From Amphiscolops sp. MND2022 (Eukaryota): a stretch of DNA of 64,000 nt. The DNA is taken from NCBI GenBank assembly GCA_964187785.1, contig OZ076409.1, forward strand, positions 45,200,001 through 45,264,000, read 5' to 3'. Below, in pieces: positions 25,731 to 36,841 of the stretch. The notes below the pieces were generated by a model. It was not told where the DNA came from. It saw nothing but the letters and a program-made list of their open reading frames with translations, and made no database searches. Both the position numbers and the translations under genes were made by a program. Position 1 is the stretch's first letter; the number at the start of each line of letters is the position of its first letter.

Positions 25731-26201
25731 GAGAGCTCCACCGCCTAGGATCTACAGGATTCTGAAAACTGAAATGCGGGGCATACCCGGTGTATGAACG
25801 CTCGCCCTCACCGTCGCAAAGACGAGGTCCCACTACGATCGCTTCGCGATCTCCGTTCCCGCTAAGTCTTTGCTCCTGTTCGACCTCGCTTAGCAAGATG
25901 GGAACATAAGCGGCCCCAAGGGGCCGCGGGGCACTAGATGAAATGGGGTAATATCAGTGGCACGTTTCATACTTAGTTCAAAATTCGTACACAGTGATTC
26001 GAACTTGTTCCGGTTTTTGGAAAATTCGAACTTAGTCCATTCGAAATTAAAATTCGAACTTATGGGTTCGAACTTTTTACCGTGCCCCATTTCAATGTTA
26101 GCATGCTTAAAAGTATCGCTGCCAGTTCCTTGTTCAACTCAATTGAAGAACTTCAAATCAGTTTGCGTAAACAACTACGAGGACTCGTCCATGCCGGTCC
26201 C

Positions 26202-26741
26202 GAATTCCGGACGTTTCGGCAAAAGACGTTTCGGCGAAAACATGGCAACGGACGTTTCGGCAAAAAAAATATGCCGAAACGTCTCAGGCTAAAAACATTT
26301 GCCGAAACGTTTCGTATGATGTGTGGGGCATATCCGGTGTATGCACGCTCGCCCTGACCGTCGCAAAGACCAGCTCCCACTACGATCGCTTCGCGATCTC
26401 CGTTCCCGCTAGGTCTTTGCTCCTGTTCGACCTCGCTTAGCAAGATGGGATAATATGCGGCCCCAAGGGGCCGCGGGGCACTAGAGGAATGGGATATATC
26501 CGAGGCACGTTTTATGCTTTGCATCATTCCTACATTAATGGTCTTATCGTTTTTCTTTCAATTTTTTCTTCAATTCCACAATTCTACAAACTGGTATTCT
26601 ACAAACTGGACCTAACCAGTTTGTAGAAAATCAAAAACATAACCAAGATAATACGAGACGTTTCGGCGTGAAAAATTTCGGCGCCCGAAACGTTTCGAAG
26701 TTTTTTTTGCCGAAACGTCTTTGCCGAAACGTCCTGTTCCC
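26202..26741. mobile_element. MITE family C (CCGAAACGTTTCGG subterminal repeats)
   Basis: Ends GAATTCCGGACGTTTCGGC and GCCGAAACGTCCTGTTCCC. 8-bp TSD CCGGTCCC; empty site at ~34826; duplicate at 54949-55487. Confidence 0.9.
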
Positions 26742-27087
26742 CCGGTCCCGGTTCCAGCCTGAACCCAGAGTCCGTGAACAAATCAAAAGACGTTTACAAC
26801 TATCTAAAGTCCGAAGAACTGAAAAATACGAGAATAACCCTGTGGCACAATCTGATTAATAATACTATCACACCCCACAAAAGTAATAACTATCAACCGC
26901 AAAGTGTAAATCAGCTTGCGGCTTCATTGAGAAGTCTCACAAACTTATGCGACATAGTTTATTGTCAACGTACAGGGTCCCCGAATATCTTTGAAGACCT
27001 GAGAACATTGGACTGCCCAATCATCCAAGTCACGACAGATATTTTGATCAAGTCAGAGCAGCGCACTGAAGTACTCATCGAGAAATA

Positions 27088-27596
27088 GCCTTCGGGCAAT
27101 AAGTTCGATTTACTAAGTTCGAATTTGAACTAGTGCAATGAGTTCGAATGGAATAGTTCCGAAACACCAAGTTCGAACTTCCATATCGGGCATATCCAGT
27201 GTAAACTGGACATCCTTCACACAAGATCCTGAGAGCTCCACCGCCTAGGATTTAAAGGAATCTAAAAACTGAAATGTGGGGCATATCCGGTGTATGCACG
27301 CTCGCCCTCACCATCGCAAAGACCAGCTCCCTCTACGATCGCTTCGCGATCTCCGTTCCCGCTAGGTCTTTGCTCCTGTTCGACCTCGCTTAGCAAGATG
27401 GGAACATAAGCGGCCCCAAGGGGCCGCGGGGCACTAGATGAAATGGGGAAATATCAGAGGCACGGTTTATACTTACGGTGGTTAGTTCAAAAATCGAACA
27501 CAGTGATTCGAACTTGTTCCGGTATTTGGATTATTCGAACTCAGTCCATTCGAAATTTAAATTCTAACTTATGCGTTCGAACTTATTACCGTGCCC
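27088..27596. mobile_element. MITE family T, insertion b (uninterrupted, 509 bp)
   Basis: 9-bp TSD CGAGAAATA; empty site at ~35162; duplicate at 55834-56342. Confidence 0.92.
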
Positions 27597-27634
27597 CGAG
27601 AAATACAAAGCCTTACATCATTCCAGCGAATAAT

Positions 27635-30600
27635 CTTTGATCCCGAAGATCTTCTGAAGACCTTTTAAAGATCTTTGACCTCGCTTATCTGAAGATCCTC
27701 GAATGAGGATTGATCTCGAAGATCTTCCAAATATTCTTGAATGACCTTTGATGTCGGAGATTTTCCGAAAATCCTTGAAAGATCTTTGATCTCGAAGATC
27801 TTCCGAAGAACCTTGAATGATATTTGAATTCGAATTCCTTGCTTAGATCTTTTAATGACTTTCAATCTCGACGATCCTCCGAATATCTTCGATTTCGAAA
27901 ATCTTTCGAAGATTCTTGAATGATCTCTGATATTGAAGATCTTCCGAAGGTCATTGAATGATCTTTGATCTCGAAGATCCTTGAATGATCTTTGATATCG
28001 AAGACCTCGGGAAGGCCCTTGAAAGATCTTTGAATGATCTTCGAACTCGAAGGTCTTCCAAAGATCCTTGAATGATATTTGACCTAGAAGCTCTTCCGAA
28101 GATCCTTAATGATCTCTGGTCTCGGAGAACGTCCGAAAATTCTTGAATGATAATTGATCCCGAAGATCGTCCGAAAGTTCTTGAGTGATTTTCCGTCTCG
28201 GAGATCTTTCGATGATTGTTGATCTCGAAGATCTTCCGAAGATCCTTGAATGATCTGTGTAATGGAAGATCTGCTGAAGGTCCTTGATCCCGAAGATCTC
28301 CCGAAGAACCTTGAATGATCTTTGAATTCGAAGGTCTTCCGGAGATCCTTGAATGATCTTTGATATCGAAGATCTTCCGAGAGTCTTTGAATGATAATTG
28401 ATCTCAAAGATCGTCCGAAAGTTCTTGAATGATTTTCCATCTCCGACAATTTTTGGAGGATCTTCGATCTCGAAGATCTTCTGAAAGTCCTTGAACGATC
28501 TTCGACCTCGAAGATCGTCTGAAGATCCTGTAATGATTTTTGATCTCGAATCCTTGCTTAGATCTTTTAATGACTTTCGATCTCGACGATCCTCCGAATA
28601 TCTTCGATCTCGAAAATCTTTCGAAGATTCTTGAATGATCTCTGATATTGAAGATCTTCCGAAGGTCATTGAATGATCTTTGATCTCGAATTCCTTGAAT
28701 GATCTTTGATATCCAAGACCTCGGGAAGGCCCTTGAAAGATCTTTGAATGATCTTCGAACTCGAAGGTCTTCCAAAGATCCTTGAATGATATTTGACCTA
28801 GAAGCTCTTCCGAAGATCCTTAATGATCTCTGGTCTCGGAGAACGTCCGAAAATTCTTGAATGATAATTGATCTCGAAGATCGTCCGAAAGTTCTTGAAT
28901 GATTTTCCATCTCCGACAATCTTTGGAGGATCTTCGATCTCGAAGATCTTCTGAAAGTCCTCGAACGATCTTCGACCTCGAAGGTCGTCTGAAGATCCTG
29001 TAATGATTTTCGATCTGGAATCCTTGCTTAGATCTTTTAATGACTCTCGATCTCGACGATCCTCCGAATATCTTCGATCTCGAAAATCTTTCGAAGATTC
29101 TTGAATGATCTCTGATATTGAAGATCTTCCGAAGGTCTTTGAATGATCTTTGATCTCGAAGATCCTTGAATGATCTTTGATATCGAAGACCTCGAGAAGG
29201 CCCTTGAAAGATCTTTGAATGACCTTCGAACTCGAAGGTCTTCCAAAGATCCTTGAATGATATTTGACCTAGAAGCTCTTCCGAAGATCCTTGAATGATC
29301 TCTGGTCTCGGAGAACGTCCGAAAGTTCTTGAAGGATAATTGATCCCGAAGATCGTCCGAAAGTTCTTGAATGATTTTCCATCTCGGAGATCTTCCGATG
29401 ATCTTTGATCTCGAAGATCTTCCAAAGATCCTTGAATGATCTTCGTCCTCGAAGATCGTCTGAAGATCCTGGAATGAGTTTCGATCTCGAATCCTTGCTT
29501 AGATCTTTTAATGACTTTCGATCTCGACGATCCTCCGAATATCTTCGATCTCGAAATCTTTCGAAGATTCTTGAATGATCTCTGATATTGAAGATCTTCC
29601 AAAGGTCTTTGAATGATCTTTGATCTCGAAGATCCTTGAATGATATTTGACCTAGAAGCTCTTCCGAAAATCCTTGAATGATCTCTGGTCTCGGAGAACG
29701 TCCGAAAGTTCTTGAAGGATAATTGATCCCGAAGATCGTCCGAAAAACCTTGAATGATTCTCCATCTCGGAGATCTTCCGATGATCGTTGCTCTCGAAGA
29801 TCTTCCGAAGATCCTTGAATGATCTTCGACCTCGAAGATCGTCTGAAGATCCTGGAATGATTTTCGATCTCGAATTCCTTGCTTAGACCTTTTAATGACT
29901 TTCGATCACGACGATCCTCCGAATATCGTCGATTTCGAAAATCTTTCGAAGATTCTTGAATGATCTCTGATATTGAAGATCTTCCGAAGGTCATTGAATG
30001 ATCTTTGATCTCGAAATCCTTGAATGATCTTTGATATCGAAGACCTCGGGAAGGCCCTTGAAAGATCTTTGAATGATCTTCGAACTCGAAGGTCTTCCAA
30101 AGATCCTTGAATGATATTTGACCTAGAAGCTCTTCCGAAGATCCTTAATGATCTCTGGTCTCGGAGAACGTCCGAAAATTCTTGAATGATAATTGATCTC
30201 GAAGATCGTCCGAAAGTTCTTGAATGATTTTCCATCTCCGACAATCTTTGGAGGATCTTCGCTCTCGAAGATCTTCTGAAAGTCCTTGAACGATCTTCGA
30301 CCTCGAAGATCGTCTGAAGATCCTGTGATGATTTTCGATCTGGAATCCTTGCTTAGATCTTTTAATGACTCTCGATCTCGACGATCCTCCGAATATCTTC
30401 GATCTCGAAAATCTTTCGAAGATTCTTGAATGATCTCTGATATTGAAGATCTTCCGAAGGTCTTTGAATGATCTTTGATCTCGAAGATCCTTGAATGATC
30501 TTTGATATCGAAGACATCGAGAAGGCCCTTGAAAGATCTTTGAATGACCTTCGAACTCGAAGGTCTTCCTAAGATCCTTGAATGATATTTGACCTAGAAG

Positions 30601-32965
30601 CTCTTCCGAAGATCCTTGAATGATCTCTGGTCTCGGAGAACGTCCGAAAGTTCTTGAAGGATAATTGATCCCGAAGATCGTCCGAAAGGTCTTGATTGAT
30701 TTTCCATCTCGGAGATCTTCCGATGATCTTTGATCTCGAAGATCTTCCAAAGATCCTTGAATGATCTTCGTCCTCGAAGATCGTCTGAAGATCCTGGAAT
30801 GAGTTTCGATCTCGAATTCCTTGCTTAGACCTTTTAATGACTTTCGATCACGACGATCCTCCGAATATCTTCGATTTCAAAAAATTTTCGAAGATTCTTG
30901 AAAGATCTCTGATTTTGAAGATCTTCCGAAGGTCATTGAATGATCTTTGATCTCGAAGATCCTCGAATTTTTGATATCGAAGACCTCAGGAAGGCCCTTG
31001 AAAGATCTTTGAATGATCTTCGAACTCGAAGGTCTTCCAAAGATCCTTGAATGATATTTGACCTAGAAGCTCTTCCGAAGATCCTTGAATGATCTCTGGT
31101 CTCGGAGAACGTCCGAAAATTCTTGAATGATGATTGATCCCGAAGATCGTCCGAAAGTTCTTGAATGATTTTCCATCTCGGAGATCTTCCGATGATCGTT
31201 GCTCTCGAAGATCTTCCGAAGATCCTTGAATGATCTTCGACCTCGAAGATCGTCTGAAGATCCTGGAATGATTTTCGATCTCGAATTCCTTGCTTAGACC
31301 TTTTAATGAATTTCGATCACGACGATCCTCCGAATATCGTCGATTTCGAAAATCTTTCGAAGATTCTTGAATGATCTCTGATATTGAAGATCTTCCGAAG
31401 GTCCTTGAATGATCTTTGATCTCGAAATCCTTGAATGATCTTTGATATCGAAGACCTCGGGAAGCCCTTGAAAGATCTTTGAATGATCTTCGAACTCGAA
31501 GGTCTTCCAAAGATCCTTGAATGATATTTGACCTAGAAGCTCTTCCGAAGATCCTTAATGATCTTTGGTCTCGGAGAACGTCCGAAAATTCTTGAATGAT
31601 GATTGATCCCGAAGATCGTCCGAAGGTTCTTGAATGATTTTCCATCTCGGAGATCTTCCGATGATCGTTGCTCTCGAAGATCTTCCGAAGATCCTTGAAT
31701 GATCTTCGACCTCGAAGATCGTCTGAAGATCCTGGAATGATTTTCGATCTCGAATTCCTTGCTTAGACCTTTTAATGACTTTCGATCACGACGATCCTCC
31801 GAATATCGTCGATTTCGAAAATCTTTCGAAGATTCTTGAATGATCTCTGATATTGAAGATCTTCCGAAGGTCCTTGAATGATCTTTGATCTCGAAGATCC
31901 TTGAATGATCTTTGATATCGAAGACCTCGAGAAGGCCCTTGAAAGATCTTTGAATGACCTTCGAACTCGAAGGTCTTCCTAAGATCCTTGAATGATATTT
32001 GACCTAGAAGCTCTTCCGAAGATCCTTGAATGATCTCTGGTCTCGGAGAACGTCCGAAAGTTCTTGAAGGATAATTGATCCCGAAGATCGTCCGAAAGTT
32101 CTTGAATGATTTTCCATCTCGGAGATCTTCCGATGATCTTTGATCTCGAAGATCTTCCAAAGATCCTTGAATGATCTTCGTCCTCGAAGATCGTCTGAAG
32201 ATCCTGGAATGAGTTTCGATCTCGAATTCCTTGCTTAGACCTTTTAATGACTTTCGATCACGACGATCCTCCGAATATCTTCGATTTCAAAAAATTTTCG
32301 AAGATTCTTGAAAGATCTCTGATATTGAAGATCTTCCGAAGGTCATTGAATGTTCTTTGATCTCGAAGATTCTCGAATTTTTGATATCGAAGACCTCGGG
32401 AAGGCCCTTGAAAGATCTTTGAATGATCTTCGAACTCGAAGGTCTTCCAAAGATCCTTGAATGATATTTGACCTAGAAGCTCTTCCGGAGATCCTTGAAT
32501 GATCTCTGGTCTCGGAGAACGTCCGAAAGTTCTTGAATGATTTTCCATCTCGGAGATCTTCCGATGATCGTTGCTCTCGAAGATCTTCCGAAGATCCTTG
32601 AATGATCTGTGTAATGGAAGATCTGCTGAAGGTCCTTGATCCCGAAGATCTTCCGAAGATCCTCGAATGATCTCTGATCTCGAAGATTTCCCGAAGAACC
32701 TTGAATGATCTTTGAATTCGAAGGTCTTCCGGAGATCCTTGAATGATCTTTGATATCGAAGATCTTCCGAGAGTCTTTGAATGATAATTGATCTCGAAGA
32801 TCGTCCGAAAGTTCTTGAATGATTTTCCATCTCGGAGATCTTCCGATGATCTTTGATCTCGAAGATCTTCCAAAGATCCTTGAATGATCTTCGTCCTCGA
32901 AGATCGTCTGAAGATCCAGGAATGGTATTTGATCTCAAAGATCTTCCGAAGATCCTTGAATGACA
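27635..32965. repeat. Long satellite array: 38-bp monomer in ~470-bp higher-order repeats (~5.3 kb)
   Basis: Landmark GACCTAGAAGCTC at 28081, 28795, 29266, 29649, 30120, 30591, 31060, 31530, 32001 and 32470. Confidence 0.95.
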
Positions 32966-34734
32966 ACTTCAGCAGTATTTCTTCCGATTTGATATGAGCA
33001 GTCTAGTTCTTTCTCAAGGTCACTTTTTTCAAAAATACCTTTTGATTGACATACCAATTTTTAAAAGTTCTATCGATTGTTACGTAGTTTACTGTCGAGG
33101 TTGATTGGCTCTCTGATAATCTTTCATCAGCAGTCAAATTTTAGAGAGAACTATTTTGAAGAGCACGATCCATAATATGATATACCACTCTTCCCGAAAC
33201 TTTACGCTAGTAGTAAAAGTATATATGATCGATAAACTTCACTCACAAAATTCTTCCCATTCGTCTCAATTGTAAAACTAGAATCATATTTCGTCTCTCA
33301 ATTTATTAACAAATTTGGTAAATACGTTATTCTAGACGAAGGGTCAATTAAATCTGTGAATGACAAACAGATCACTAAAATTACCTTGACCGTCACTACT
33401 TTGTGAAAAATTTCAACCCAGCGACAAAACTTTAGAAACTCCTAAAAACTGTACTACTACAAAAACAATATTAGAATACAACTTGAAACGCTTCAGACGT
33501 CTAAAACATTATCATAAAATTTTAAAAAAGCCCTTATCTACGGATTGTCGCGAAAGGAACTATAAATTAATAGGATGTGAAAGGATCAGAGAGTTGAGTC
33601 AGTAGTTTTTCTTCAAAACTCAACATTAAAAATTCAAGTTCTTGAAATACACTTTCAAAATCATTCAACTTGAAAAATAAGCAATGTAATAAGCCACGTT
33701 CAAATGCCTTTGGTTTAAAAATCTCACTTTGACCTAACTATCTGACTCCACGGCATTAACAATGGTGACTTCCCATAGCTCCGAAAACAAAATCGAGTGC
33801 CATAACTCGGAATATTAATTCTACTTATCTTGGTAAATAATAAGTCTCAGCCCAACAGTGCTAATTTAAATAAAGGCGCTTCTGCAAACTGTTAACTTGA
33901 AGAAATCACTGCGGTAGCTAAGGGAATTGACAGTGCGGGGGACGATGAAAAACAAACAACTTGTCAATAATTTGTCTACTTGCGCAAATTTTACGTGTGA
34001 AAATAATACGCTGGAAATTTCGGAGCTTTGACACTAGATTTTGAAATCGGAGCTATGAGTAGTCACCATCAACAATAACAGTGCTAACACACTTATTGTA
34101 GAGCTTCTGCGGAAACCGCAAAGGTCACAGTTAATCATTCATGTAGATTATTTTCTGCGATGTTTTTTAGCTGGTAAGGAATGAGTGAAGACATAGCACA
34201 TTACACATAGCCCTTGATTCCCTTCATCACGGCAATTGTTTCTAGCACAATCACAGCCATTGGTGTTCAAGAAACAATTATGGGTAAATGAAATTATTTT
34301 TACACTCAAATGTATGAAAATATTTAATTTTGGAGCTGTTAAAATGAAAATAAATATTTTTGAGATAAATAAAACTAAGAGCCTTTAATTCAACATACCG
34401 TCAGCCAATTGAATTCAAAAATAGCAATCTTGAGCTAATTTCTAGAAATACCTTTGTCAAGTACCTTGGACTACTGACTCAAAAGGTACAAGAGTGCAAT
34501 ACAGAAGCCCCGTCGCCGCTTTTTGGCCTGATTATGATGTGTTTACTGATTAATGCCTTTAATATATATTGCTGTAATTGACACATGTTTACATATATTT
34601 GAGATGACGATGTCCCTTTGATATGTGCTGTGATATTTGCCGTCTAGTGAAAACTAGCTTTTATAGAAAAGCGTTTTGATCTGCGAGAAACACGACAATT
34701 GTTGTCCAGACCAGTATACATTTCAAGGTTAGCA

Positions 34735-35327
34735 AGCTTAAAAATTATTGCTGCCAGTTCCTTGTTCGTTTCAATTGAAGAACTTCAAATCAGTGTGCGT
34801 AAACAACTACGAGAACTCGTCCACGCCGGTCCCGGTTTCAGCCTGAATCCAGAGTCCGTGAACAAGTCAAAAGACGTTTACAACTATCAAAAGTCCGAAG
34901 AATTGGAAAATACGAGAATAATCCTGTGGCACGATCTGATTAACAAGACTATCACACCCCACAAAAGAAATAACTATCAACTGCAAAGTGTATATCAACT
35001 TGTGGCTTCATTGAAAAGTCTCACAAACTAATGCGGCATATTTTATTGTCAACATAGAGGGTCCCCGAAAGTCTTTGAAGACCTGAGAACATTGGACTGC
35101 CAATCATCCAAGTCACGACAGATGTTTTGAGCAAGTCATAGCAGCGCATTGAAGTACTCGTCGAGAAATACAAAGCCTTACATCAATCGAGCGATCTCCA
35201 ACTCAGATCCCTAGGTGTAGTCCTAAAATATTGTCCGAACCTGAAGCAGATCTTGAAAATAAGAGGCACCAAGCGAAGAACTCACGAGCAACTAAGAGAG
35301 GCTAAGAGAAAAAGAGAAGACAACTAA
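34735..35327 (+). pseudogene. Full-length but disrupted paralog of the unknown ~197-aa ORF
   Basis: KIIAASSLF...IILWHDLINKTI...YKALHQS...KRKREDN*, with two stops and a frameshift; duplicate at ~62335-62927. Confidence 0.5.
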
Positions 35328-35496
35328 AGGTGAGCTTTTAGAGTCTTGTACTCAGAGCCGCTGTTGTTACATCTTTATAGCTTCTCGAATTAAAGAGGAG
35401 CTTTTAGAGTCTTGGACTCAAAGCCCCGTTAGTAATTCTTAGCCATTGAAACTCAAATTGTTCGAATCGTGTTTTTCCAGGTCATCACCAAAATCA

Positions 35497-36059
35497 ATGG
35501 GTAAACCCGAATTGAACCTGAAGGAACCCGAACAATTAGTGATGTGGCTCAGGGCGTTCAAGGCGCGAGCGCGGGTCGAAAAGAAAAGGGACGTCGACGC
35601 AATCCCTGGAACTAGTGGACCGCCAGCTGTCGCTGTCATAGCAAAAGATTATCAGGTGACTAATTTCTTCATGAGCCAATGCAGCCTCGAAGCGTTGATA
35701 AAGCTCAGTAGCCTCGTCGCGCCCAGAAACATTGAAGACATGAAATTCATAGACATTCGTAAGGATCTCATAAATTACTTGAAGCCACAAGAGAGACTGG
35801 TGGTTGCAGAACGCACTGGCGTCCTTCAGATGTCTCAAGGAGAAGAAGAAGAAGAAGAAGAAGAAGAAGAAGAAGAAGAAGCAGAAACCGACTACCTTGC
35901 TAAGCTCCGAGAGGCTGCGCGTTATTGTAAGTTTGTCGATCTCAAAGCTTCTCTGGATCCTGAAGCTGAAGTGATCCGATTACAATTCATTGCCGGACTA
36001 TAAGACAACGAATCAAAACTCAAGTTGCTTGAAGCACTCAGAGCAAACGACAACTTGAC
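35497..36059 (+). pseudogene. Gypsy-type gag, truncated by the duplication junction
   Basis: ERLVVAER...YLAKLREAARYCKF...IRLQFIAGL* gag core; (GAA)13 at 35842-35880. Confidence 0.75.
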
Positions 36060-36625
36060 GGTTTCAGGCTCCCTCCTTTTTGATTTTTTTTCGCGGTTTT
36101 TCTGCTGTCTCTCTCATTTTCTTCAATTTTCGGGCTTTGGAATGCACTTTTCTATTTCTCTGTTTTACGTCACGTTTCGCAATCACTTGACGCCCTGTAG
36201 GCGTGTTGTGTGTGATTGTGCTACTTGATTCTGCCGTGCCAGCACAGCGCTAATTCTTGAATTGGCTTTCCGATTTTGTTTTCCTTGTTCTGCTCGGAGA
36301 AATATTGTTAAATCATCGTCCTTCAGGGATTTGTCGGGTCACAGTTGTACGGCTTCATCCATTCTTAAGCAATGTTTAAGTTTTTATTAAGAATGCCTGT
36401 CTTTCAAATACTTTCTCAAATGAGCTTCTGCTATTGACCGTCGCGGCCGTTCGCAGAGCGAGCAGGAGTCGAGATAAACCAACTATTCCTTATTCGATGA
36501 TATATGATTTGTCAACCTTTTGTCATTCGTTTATTTTTCTGATAAGGTATCCGGGTTTTCCATTTCCTCGATGTTTCGCTACAGGACATTCTATGTCATT
36601 GATGAAGTGGCATTCATGTGTCAGT

Positions 36626-36841
36626 TTATATCCAACCCTTTCGATGCTGTCTGCCGCGAAAGTGCTTTTCCCAGTTTTATATTAAAGTTTGCTTCATCCA
36701 ATCTCTACAGAACTTCTTTTGACTTCGTCATATATTCTTCTCGATTCTGTGTGTTACAATGAGGATATCATCATTGAAAGCAAATGTGTTTGAGATACCT
36801 GCGAGGGATAAATTCATGGTTTGTTGGAATTCCGTTAACGT
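36626..36841 (-). mobile_element. Ty3/Gypsy RT fragment, duplicate
   Basis: Copy-2 equivalent of 7985-8200. Confidence 0.75.

Larger units (their letters stand above)
24664..26087. mobile_element. MITE family T (TTCGAA subterminal repeats), insertion a, containing two nested MITEs
   Basis: Ends GGCTTCGGGCAATAAGTTCGA and TCGAACTTTTTACCGTGCCC. Degenerate 9-bp TSD CAATTCAAG/CATTTCAAT versus empty site CATTTCAAG at ~34719. Duplicate at 53411-54834. Confidence 0.85.
26103..27620 (+). pseudogene. MITE-interrupted, 3'-truncated ORF of unknown family (possible SGNH-like fold)
   Basis: Removing the two MITEs and their TSDs restores one reading frame: MLKSIAASSLF...HAGPGSSLNP...ITLWHNLINNTI...YKALH. 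Confidence 0.5.
7419..36059. repeat. Tandem segmental duplication, copy 1 (~28.6 kb)
   Basis: Sequence from 7419 recurs from 36060 (initial offset 28641), and the ORF track is duplicated in the same order. Confidence 0.97.

Noticed and set aside
24212..27596. Regularly recurring repeats resembling a CRISPR array or an integron
   Set aside because: The repeats are explained by nested MITEs with TSDs and empty sites. There are no unique spacers, cas genes or integrase, and the context is eukaryotic.
27665..32966. Many overlapping minus-strand ORFs (up to ~260-307 aa) rich in R/S/K/D/I/F in the satellite arrays
   Set aside because: The minus strand of the 38-bp consensus has no stop codon in any frame, so ORFs appear in all three frames. 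Non-triplet unit lengths and indels shift frames freely, so there is no evidence of coding.
36025..36228. Chimeric ORF created across the duplication junction
   Set aside because: It lies downstream of the gag premature stop, starts at TTG and continues into the antisense strand of repeat debris.
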